DNA from: Hyalangium minutum
GTDB lineage: Bacteria > Myxococcota > Myxococcia > Myxococcales > Myxococcaceae
Direction of reading: 5' to 3'
Assembly (NCBI RefSeq): GCF_000737315.1
Contig: NZ_JMCB01000003.1
Span: 930,001 to 994,000, forward strand
Length of the DNA stretch: 64,000 nt
Shown here: positions 10,001-17,294 of the stretch, in pieces
How the letters are laid out: each line of letters begins with the position of its first letter
Numbering within the stretch: position 1 is the stretch's first letter
Position numbers and translations under genes: made by a program
The notes under the pieces: generated by a model
Databases searched by the model: none
Seen by the model: only the letters and a program-made list of their open reading frames with translations
What the model was told of the DNA's origin: nothing

Positions 10001-10777
10001 ATGTCCCTCCCAAACTATGAAACGGTGGATGGCTCGACTCCGGAGATCACGCCGCTGGCGGAGGAGCACGGACGACGGCTTCCACTCTCCGCTTTCACGC
10101 TGCTGGCGGGCGGAGATGTCTTCGAGTCCCGGGGCGGCAAGCCTCCCGCGGATGGAGCGGCCCGGGCCCGCGCGTACCTGAAGGCCCAGGTCACGCTCAT
10201 GCCCCACGGCGCCTCCGCCGAGCACATCCAGCGCGTGGAGGCAGACATCGTCCGGCAACTGTCGGGCAACCTCCAGCTCATCGGGCGCATGGAGGCCTCG
10301 AGGCCGGTGACAATCGACCTCATCCCTCCAGGCCAGCCCATGGCGAAGTACGGCTACCCGCGCTCGGTGTCGCCGCTGGCGGCGGGGCTGTTCTGGGATC
10401 ACCCGGACTGGGAGCGAGCACGCATCGCGCTGCGCCAGGACAAGCTCGGCTCGGAGCCGCACCTCGTCTTTCACGAGGTGGCGCACGCCATCCAGGGCCT
10501 GGCCTTCACCCACGAGGAGAACGAGCTCGTCTACCGGACCCTGCTGCGCACCTACCGCCAGCGCGCCAGGGTGGACGAGGTGTTCGCGCTCTACAGCGAG
10601 CGAGAATTCGTGCCCCAAGTCACCGCCCATGATCTGCGCGCGCCCGGCGTGTACGGCCTGGCGCGCCAGCGCTGGAACGAGGAGCACCTGTTCACCCGCT
10701 TCGTGCGCAACCTGTACTTCCCCTACAAGCCGCTGGCGGGCCAGGGCTCGGGGGGATTCAGCTCGTCCTTCGGCTGA
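10001..10777 (+). CDS. Putative zincin metallopeptidase (HEXXH)
   Basis: LVFHEVAH with downstream DEVFA (gluzincin-like third ligand); high GC3; GGAG upstream. Confidence 0.65.
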   Translation: MSLPNYETVDGSTPEITPLAEEHGRRLPLSAFTLLAGGDVFESRGGKPPADGAARARAYLKAQVTLMPHGASAEHIQRVEADIVRQLSGNLQLIGRMEASRPVTIDLIPPGQPMAKYGYPRSVSPLAAGLFWDHPDWERARIALRQDKLGSEPHLVFHEVAHAIQGLAFTHEENELVYRTLLRTYRQRARVDEVFALYSEREFVPQVTAHDLRAPGVYGLARQRWNEEHLFTRFVRNLYFPYKPLAGQGSGGFSSSFG

Positions 10778-10830
10778 TTCCCAGCCTGCTCTCCAGGCAA
10801 GAAGCGCGGTACCGCACCGGTCCGATCGCC

Positions 10831-10890
10831 TTGACAGCGTGTCCGCTATAACGGATATATAGAATATCCGTTTTCACGGACGCATGTCCG
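10831..10890 (+). promoter_or_regulatory. Sigma70-type promoter region overlapped by inverted-repeat operator array
   Basis: TTGACA at 10831; TCCG-N6-CGGA at 10842-10855 and 10867-10880; AACGGATAT-N5-ATATCCGTT at 10850-10872; CGGAC-N4-GTCCG at 10877-10890. Confidence 0.7.
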
Positions 10891-10910
10891 ATAACGAAGA
10901 GGATGCCCCC

Positions 10911-11042
10911 ATGAGCGCCGCTGTCATCGACCTGCAGGACTTCCGCAAGAAGCGTGAGGCCGAGCAGTGTCAGATGGCCCGGCCCGCCCCAATTCGGCCT
11001 TGGCTGCCGGTCTGGGTGTGGGTAATGGTTTGGCCCGCATGA
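10911..11042 (+). CDS. 43-aa small protein coupled to XRE regulator (below ORF-track cut-off)
   Basis: MSAAVIDLQDFRKKREAEQCQMARPAPIRPWLPVWVWVMVWPA; GAGGA RBS; its TGA overlaps the next ATG (ATGA). Confidence 0.7.
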   Translation: MSAAVIDLQDFRKKREAEQCQMARPAPIRPWLPVWVWVMVWPA

Positions 11043-11809
11043 AGTCCGTCAGGGAGAACACCGGACGCAAGAGCAAGGGGCCTTCCCGCCGCAAGGAGGC
11101 GGAGCCCGCCCTCGAGGCTGCGGACGTGTCTCCCGAGCCCCCTCCCCCACCGGCAGCCAAGCCACCCGACGATCGAGCCCCCGCTGCCGCTTCTCCCAAC
11201 GGAGAAGAGACCTGGACGTACGAGGTGGCCCACCCGGATGCCGATCAGGATCTGGCGCCCATTGTCGGCCGGAACCTGCGGAGGCTGCGGGTGCAGCGAG
11301 GGCTGTCGCTCGAGCGGCTGTCGAAGGCCTCGGGCGTGAGCCGGGCCATGCTGGGCCAGATTGAGTTGGGCCAGAGCGCGCCGACCATCAACGTGCTGTG
11401 GAAGATCGCCCGGGCGCTGGATCTGCCGTTCTCGGCGCTCATCAGCACCACGGGTGGCGCGGGCACGCGGCTGATGCGGGCCTCACAGGCCAAGCGGCTC
11501 ACCTCGCACGATGGGCGCTTCGCGTCGCGGGCGCTGTTCCCGTTCGACGAGCCTCGGCGGGTGGAGTTCTACGAGCTGCTGCTGAAGGCCCACAGCGAGG
11601 AGCGGGCGGATGCGCACCCACCCGGCACGCTGGAGAACCTGATGGTCACCCGCGGCACCTTGGAGATGGAGGTGGGCCCGGAGCGCCACCTTCTGGCCGC
11701 GGGGGACGCCATCCTCTTCGAGGCGGACAAGCCCCACGTCTACCGCAACGTGGGGCCCGAGGACGTCACCATGTACCTGGTGATGACGTACGCCGAAGAG
11801 GTCGGCTGA
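11039..11809 (+). CDS. XRE-family HTH regulator with cupin domain and disordered N-terminal extension
   Basis: VGRNLRRLRVQRGLSLERLSKASGVSRAMLGQIELGQSAPTINVLWKIARAL plus C-terminal cupin (HPPGTLE...GDAILFEADKPHVYRN). Confidence 0.9.
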   Translation: MKSVRENTGRKSKGPSRRKEAEPALEAADVSPEPPPPPAAKPPDDRAPAAASPNGEETWTYEVAHPDADQDLAPIVGRNLRRLRVQRGLSLERLSKASGVSRAMLGQIELGQSAPTINVLWKIARALDLPFSALISTTGGAGTRLMRASQAKRLTSHDGRFASRALFPFDEPRRVEFYELLLKAHSEERADAHPPGTLENLMVTRGTLEMEVGPERHLLAAGDAILFEADKPHVYRNVGPEDVTMYLVMTYAEEVG

Positions 11810-11816
11810 GCCGGTG

Positions 11817-12275
11817 CTACTTGGCCATGCCCATCATCATGGGCATGCCGTTGCACATCATCATCATCGGCGCGCCCATCGCCATCATGGAGTTCATGGC
11901 GTCGCAGCACTCCTTCATCATCGCCATGTCCTGACCCTCCATGGGCATCATCTTCATCATCATGCCGTCCTTGCCCATCTCGCACGTCATCCGGCACATC
12001 ATCGGCATCATCTGACGCATCATCATGGGCATCATCATCGGCATGCCCATGCCCATGCCCATCATCTGGGGCATCATGCCGCCCATCATCTGAGGCATCA
12101 TGCCGCCCATCATCTGGGGCATCATGCCGCCCATCATCTGGGGCATCATGCCCATCATGTTCATGGGCATCATGCCGTTCATCATGGGGTTCATGCCCAT
12201 CATCGGCATCATGCCGTTCATCATCGGCATGTTCTGGTTCGGCATGTTCATGGGCATGGCGTTGGCGGTCATCAT
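11817..12275 (-). CDS. Methionine-rich protein (73 Met in 152 aa) with Cys-containing C-terminal part
   Basis: GGAGGAG RBS; non-Met codons mostly G/C-ending; manual count of 73 Met and 5 Cys. Confidence 0.8.
   Translation of the reverse strand: MMTANAMPMNMPNQNMPMMNGMMPMMGMNPMMNGMMPMNMMGMMPQMMGGMMPQMMGGMMPQMMGGMMPQMMGMGMGMPMMMPMMMRQMMPMMCRMTCEMGKDGMMMKMMPMEGQDMAMMKECCDAMNSMMAMGAPMMMMCNGMPMMMGMAK
12060..12152. repeat. 24-bp tandem repeat, about 3.9 copies, encoding GGMMPQMM
   Basis: Unit catcatctg(g/a)ggcatcatgccgcc starting at 12060, 12084, 12108 and 12132 (last partial). Confidence 0.95.
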
Positions 12276-12530
12276 GGTCGGCGGGTCTCCTCCCGGTCTC
12301 CCGGGACGTGAAGAAACACTGTCTGAATAGACCTGCCCCGGCTCCACCGCGACTGCACCGCAGGGCCCCCCCGCGCTTTCCTCCGATCCAGCGGAGGACT
12401 GGCCGATCACGGCGGAGGGATTGCTGGCTGAGACGGAGACTCCTCTGTTGGCGCGGACAGAGGTGTCGCGCGCCGGATGAAAGGGCTCCGTCTGAGACTG
12501 CACAACGAGACTGCCCTGTGAGACGAGGGC

Positions 12531-12947
12531 TCAGTCCTCTGCGTCGGCGTCCTGGCTCCGGTAGGCATTCTCCAGCAGCGCCCAGAGCATCTTCACGCCC
12601 AGGTTGGGCTGCTCGCGGGAGAGCTTCACGAGGTGGGCCCGCGTGAAGCGCAGGGCCTCGCCATCGGAGACCGCGCGGCAGGTCATCCTCGCCGGAGCCG
12701 TGGCCACGAGCGCGCGATCGCCGAAGAAGGTGGACGGGCCCTGCTCGCTGCTGCTCCCGCCCTTGGTGATCTCCACGCGGCCGGTGACGACCACCCAGAA
12801 GGCATCGAGGAGATCTCCCTCGCCGAGGAGCTGCTCTCCATCCTGGAAGGGCCGCCGTTCGGCGGTCTGGAACAGCTTCTTGATCTCGGTCCCGCTGAGC
12901 TGGCCGAACAGGGAGGACGCCTTCAAGGCATCCATCCCCTCCATCAT
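12531..12947 (-). CDS. Stand-alone cyclic nucleotide-binding domain protein
   Basis: SLFGQLS...GEQLLGEGD...FWVVVTGRVEI...FFGDRAL; no HTH or effector domain; start uncertain (12947 or 12935). Confidence 0.8.
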   Translation of the reverse strand: MMEGMDALKASSLFGQLSGTEIKKLFQTAERRPFQDGEQLLGEGDLLDAFWVVVTGRVEITKGGSSSEQGPSTFFGDRALVATAPARMTCRAVSDGEALRFTRAHLVKLSREQPNLGVKMLWALLENAYRSQDADAED

Positions 12948-13102
12948 GTAGAGCGGATTGACCGCCAGTTCCGTGCGCTCGTTGTCATCACGCTGCTGTC
13001 CCACGTGCCCTCCCGGCATGCGTCGTGGAGACAGACGCTAGAGGCAAACGAGAGGGCCGGGCAACCCTGGATGGGCCTCCGGCCCTCTCTTCCCGGCGGG
13101 AC

Positions 13103-15418
13103 TCAGCGCGGCGCCATCTGCCGGAGGATGTTCAACGTCTCCGTGGCCGCCGCCGTGGGCTGCAGCGCCGTGTCCGCGATCCCGGAGATCACCCGGGTGA
13201 TGTTGTGGTCCACGACGCCCGCCTGCGCCCACGTCTCCACGGTCGGCGCGGTGATGTAGACGGAGTAAGCGTGATGCCCCGAGCCGGGCCTCTCGCCGAT
13301 GACATGGAGAATGGTGCGACGCGAGGAGCGATCCGGCAGCGAGCCATAGAGGAACTCGCCGATCCGGTAGCCCGCGCGCACGCGGCCCGCGGTGACGAGG
13401 ATGTGCTCAGGGGCGACCTTGTAGCCCGCAGTCTCCAGCTCCGCGCGCACCCGCTCCAGGTAGGGAGCCAGGTGCCCCTCGTCCGTGAGTGACCAGGCGT
13501 TGAGGCCGTCGGAGATGACGATCTGCACGTCGTACCGGCCGCTCTGGCTGGTGCGCAGGGTGCGCAGCTTCTCGGTGGCCACATCGGAGAGCACCTCTCC
13601 CGAGGGCGGGTGGAGGATGTAGTCGGTGCGATCCTTGGACTGGGTCTGGACGGGGACGGCCTGGGAGAGGGCCACCGCGAAGGTAGCGGGCAGCTCGGCG
13701 AAGATGCTCTCCTTGGCGTCCTTGTAGAGGAAGCGGACCTCGCGATCGAGGTCTGGGTTCAAATCCCAAGGCTGGGTGCCGTGGCCCTCGGCGATGAAGA
13801 CGCCGCGCTTGCGCACTGCGGTGAGCTGGGCACGGGCCTCATCGAGGATCTCCGCGTCCGAGCGCGCATCGCCCTTGCGGCGGCGGTACTGGAGGTAGAC
13901 CCAGGAGGGATCGCCGAAGTGCGGCCCCGGCTTCCCCTGCGCATCGATGACGCCCAGGCCCTGGAAGAAGGCCCACATGCGATCATCCACCTTGTAGCCG
14001 AACTTCTCGCGGATGCGGACGTGGTCCTGGAAGGCGGTGGTGAGGTAGCTGAGCATGGGATCGTTCTTCGTCGGCAGTCCCATGAGGTAGCCGGGATTGG
14101 CCGGCATGATCTGGTCCAAGCACCAGTCCAGATCGTCCAGGGATACCTCCATGTGCAGCGTGGAGCAGACGTCCAGGCCGATCATCATCCCGTGGAGCTT
14201 GCCCATGACGATGTCCTCGAGGCAGCAGCGCACCAACTGTGTCTTGGAGCGGAACACCTCGGGGCCGATGAAGCCCGCCACGTCGTTGAGGTGCACCCAG
14301 GGCTGGGCCGCACGGCCCGCGCCGAGCTGGGCGGTGGCCACCTTCTGCTTGAGCACGCGGGCGAAGCCGTACTTGCGAGACTCGTGCACCACCATGTCGA
14401 AGCCATTGCCATGGCCATTGGTGCCGTCGGCGCCCTGCCCCGTCTCGAAGTAGAGGCCGTACTTGCCGGTGCGCTTCGCGGCGTGATCGATCATCTTGGG
14501 GATCGTCACGTCGAACGTCTTGTTGGCGCCCTCGGTGCCTCCCAGGCTCTGGAACCAGAGCGCGGTGGACCCTGGCTGGAGCGTCTCCACCTCGGCCTGG
14601 ATGTCGATGTGGGCCAGCACGCAGTGGGGCAGCACATCCGCCAGGTTGAACGCCTCGAGCAGATCCTGGAGGGTCAGCTCGATGGCCATCACCGAGTTGA
14701 CGTCACTGGAGACGGGGTTGTTGCCGAGCACCACGTCACCCACGCCGTAGGCCCAGCCGTCGAGCACCTGCCAGCGGATGTCCTCCGTGTTGTCGGTGGG
14801 CGAGTTGGGCTGGATGCGTGCGCCCATGTAGCCCTTGGCGCCCACGTTGCTGCCGGGCAGCGGGTTGAAGATCTTGCTGCCCACAGCGATGAGCTGCTCG
14901 TTGCTCATCAGCTTGACGATGCAGCCGATGATGTCGCTGCTCAGCCCGCCCATGACGGCTTTGATCTCGTCCTCGCTCTTGTCGAGCAGGTACGTCTTGA
15001 GCTCGCCCAGGGTCCACCCCGCCACCTGGGCGGCCTTCGTGGCGTCTACGCCCTGCTCGATGAGCTGGTAGAGGCCGTCATCGAAGAGGACATGCGAGCG
15101 CAGATCTCCAATGCGGGTGTTGGAGAGCAGAGTCCTGGCGTTGGCGCGGGAGGCCTCGTCGGAGGCGGAGATCCCCGCAGCCTCGTCGCCCTCTTTGTAC
15201 TCGTTGGCCGCGCCGATGAGCTGCTTGTAGAAGGTCTGATCGAAGCCACCGCGGGCGCGGTCCATGTAAGCGAAGAGGTCCTCGCCGGGCTTGACCTCGG
15301 GGACGTAGACGCCGGCGGGAGGCTCGACGGGGGTGGGCTTCTTGTCCTCTCCGCAGCCCACGGAGAGCGCCGTCGCGCCGAGCAGCGCCGCCGAGAGGAA
15401 GGAGCGGCGCCGCATCAT
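13103..15418 (-). CDS. eutB: Fused ethanolamine ammonia-lyase (EutB-EutC) with Tat lipoprotein-type signal peptide
   Basis: EutB motifs RIQPN, GDVVLGNNP, FQSLGGTE, YFETGQG, GFIGPE, LED..GKL, DPMLSY; EutC motifs DVQIVISDGL, GRVRAG, IGERPG; N-terminus MMRRRSFLSAALLGATALSVGC; an in-frame upstream start at 15508 is possible. Confidence 0.9.
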   Translation of the reverse strand: MMRRRSFLSAALLGATALSVGCGEDKKPTPVEPPAGVYVPEVKPGEDLFAYMDRARGGFDQTFYKQLIGAANEYKEGDEAAGISASDEASRANARTLLSNTRIGDLRSHVLFDDGLYQLIEQGVDATKAAQVAGWTLGELKTYLLDKSEDEIKAVMGGLSSDIIGCIVKLMSNEQLIAVGSKIFNPLPGSNVGAKGYMGARIQPNSPTDNTEDIRWQVLDGWAYGVGDVVLGNNPVSSDVNSVMAIELTLQDLLEAFNLADVLPHCVLAHIDIQAEVETLQPGSTALWFQSLGGTEGANKTFDVTIPKMIDHAAKRTGKYGLYFETGQGADGTNGHGNGFDMVVHESRKYGFARVLKQKVATAQLGAGRAAQPWVHLNDVAGFIGPEVFRSKTQLVRCCLEDIVMGKLHGMMIGLDVCSTLHMEVSLDDLDWCLDQIMPANPGYLMGLPTKNDPMLSYLTTAFQDHVRIREKFGYKVDDRMWAFFQGLGVIDAQGKPGPHFGDPSWVYLQYRRRKGDARSDAEILDEARAQLTAVRKRGVFIAEGHGTQPWDLNPDLDREVRFLYKDAKESIFAELPATFAVALSQAVPVQTQSKDRTDYILHPPSGEVLSDVATEKLRTLRTSQSGRYDVQIVISDGLNAWSLTDEGHLAPYLERVRAELETAGYKVAPEHILVTAGRVRAGYRIGEFLYGSLPDRSSRRTILHVIGERPGSGHHAYSVYITAPTVETWAQAGVVDHNITRVISGIADTALQPTAAATETLNILRQMAPR

Positions 15419-15818
15419 CACGGGCTGCGAGGAGAGAAGCGCACCAGGATGGGAGGTCCGCGCTCGCACCCCGTGGGCGCGGCGCTGCGGGTAGTACGTC
15501 TTCATCACGTCATCTCCGGGAGGTCCGAGTCAGGGGTCGACACGCGCTGCTGCTGAGGTGCGAGCGCCCGCTCGGTTCGGACGCCGCCAGGGATTCCGCA
15601 AATTCTCGCGCCGCGCCTGACATCGACGCAAACCGAGGGACCGCAGAGAGCTGGGTGACGTGAAACCCAGTGGACGTTCGGGCAGGGAGGCGGCGTGTCG
15701 GAACACACCGCCTACGGGGAATCCCTGACGAGTGGTTCGCGCTGTGACACAGGAGGCTACCGTTCATTGCTACCTGTGAAGTAGGGTCCGGCGCTGCCTA
15801 CCTGCCTGGAGATACGCC

Positions 15819-17285
15819 GTGTCTCTGCCCACCGACGAAGAACTCGACCCCTTTGCCTCGCTTTGCGGCTCGACCGTGGGACCTTGGCTCATCCTCGATC
15901 GCTTTGACTCCGGCTCTTTTGGCGTGGTGTTCCGTGCCCAGCGCGCCGGCCACCCCGAGGCGGGTCCGTTCGCCGTGAAGATGGCCAAGCAGCCCTGGGA
16001 CGAGCGCTTCGAGCGGGAGGCCAAGTTGCTGCAGCGCGCGACCCACCCCGCGCTACCGCGCTTCGAGGACTTCGGAATCTGGACCTCCCCCAAGGGCCAC
16101 CGTTACCCGTACATCGCCATGGAGTGGATCGAAGGCTTCACCCTCTACGACTGGTTCCGTGAAGCCCCGCGCACTCACCGCGAGGTCTTCCAAGTGCTCG
16201 CCCAAGTGACGCGCGGCCTCGAAGCCGTTCACGCCACGGGCGCCGTTCATCGGGACGTGAAGGGGGACAATATCCGCGTCACTGCCGCAGGCCGCGCTGT
16301 GCTGCTGGACTTCGGCTCGGGTTGGTTCCCGGGTGCACGCCCTCTGACGGACACCTGCGCTCCTCCGGGCACTACCCCCTACCGCCCTCCTGAGCTGATG
16401 CGCTTCATCTGGCGCTTTCGCAAGGATGACGAGGCGCGCTGGCACGCGCGCACCTCCGATGACCTGTACTCCTTGGGAGTGACGGCATACCGCCTCGTGA
16501 CAGGCACCTATCTGCCACCGGTCACCGAGACAGGAGACAACGAGGCTCGAAAGAGGCTGCGCCCGAGCCAGTTCGCCACCGTCACCCCTGAGTTGGAGTC
16601 CATCATCTTGCGTTTGCTCTCCGAGGACCGCGAGCAGCGTGGGACTGCCACCAAGGTCGCAGCGAAACTGGAGAGCGGCAGCCAACAGCCTTCCGCTGAG
16701 ATTGAGATCGAGCAGCGCATTCTTCCGAAGGTGGCCGCCGTCCCATTGGAGAGGAGAACCTCCAGCAGCGAAGAGCCCTCCAGTTCTGCCCCCTCCCAGC
16801 CTTCTACATCCGCTCAGCTGCCGGTACAGCCTGAGTCCCCAGCCTGCGGCACCCTGCCTTCCTGGCTGTCCTGGGCAGGCGCTGCCACGATGGGAGCCGC
16901 AGCAGCACTCGGAATTGTGGCGCTGCGACAGGGCCTACCGGAAAGAACAGATCCTCCCACGCCCATTGCCCAAGAATCACCTGTGCCTCCAGTCGAAACG
17001 CCTGATGCTGGTGTGGGAGATACGGCCCTCGCCTCGGCCCAGCCTTTTCCTCGCGACCCAGCCCCCATTTTGGCCCTTGGGCTGCCCATGCCGAAGCAAC
17101 CCTTCCCAGGCCAACGCAAGCCTCCGTGTGACCCCATCCTGGAAAGGGCCATCAACGGTGGATGTTGGTTAGGGCCCATCGGCGCTCGAAAACCACCCTG
17201 TGGCAACCTCGGGTACGACTACGACGGGGGCTGCTACGCCCCCAACTTCAACGGCCCTCGCCAGCCCACCTCGGATCCGCCATGA
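15819..17285 (+). CDS. Ser/Thr protein kinase with TM segment and Cys-containing C-terminus (toxin-locus-associated type)
   Basis: DSGSFG, AVK, HRDVKGDN, DFG, GTTPYRPPE; GGAG + GTG start; more A/T-ending codons than the backbone. Confidence 0.85.
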   Translation: MSLPTDEELDPFASLCGSTVGPWLILDRFDSGSFGVVFRAQRAGHPEAGPFAVKMAKQPWDERFEREAKLLQRATHPALPRFEDFGIWTSPKGHRYPYIAMEWIEGFTLYDWFREAPRTHREVFQVLAQVTRGLEAVHATGAVHRDVKGDNIRVTAAGRAVLLDFGSGWFPGARPLTDTCAPPGTTPYRPPELMRFIWRFRKDDEARWHARTSDDLYSLGVTAYRLVTGTYLPPVTETGDNEARKRLRPSQFATVTPELESIILRLLSEDREQRGTATKVAAKLESGSQQPSAEIEIEQRILPKVAAVPLERRTSSSEEPSSSAPSQPSTSAQLPVQPESPACGTLPSWLSWAGAATMGAAAALGIVALRQGLPERTDPPTPIAQESPVPPVETPDAGVGDTALASAQPFPRDPAPILALGLPMPKQPFPGQRKPPCDPILERAINGGCWLGPIGARKPPCGNLGYDYDGGCYAPNFNGPRQPTSDPP

Positions 17286-17294
17286 CCGATGCCG

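Noticed and set aside
11814-12311. His-rich ORF on the + strand (HHHGH repeats), superficially a metal-binding protein
   Set aside because: It is the antisense shadow of the Met-rich gene: ATG reads CAT. It would need mostly T-ending His codons against the genome's GC3 bias, whereas the minus strand has a strong GGAGGAG RBS.
12385-12440. SAM-I-like words (atccagcggaggactggccgat) near the Met-rich gene
   Set aside because: On the wrong strand for that gene, no + strand gene follows, and the remaining SAM-I helices are absent.
15510-15780. Cobalamin riboswitch expected upstream of a B12 enzyme
   Set aside because: Conserved B12-box and core motifs were not found on the minus strand; only a generic multi-stem structure is reported.
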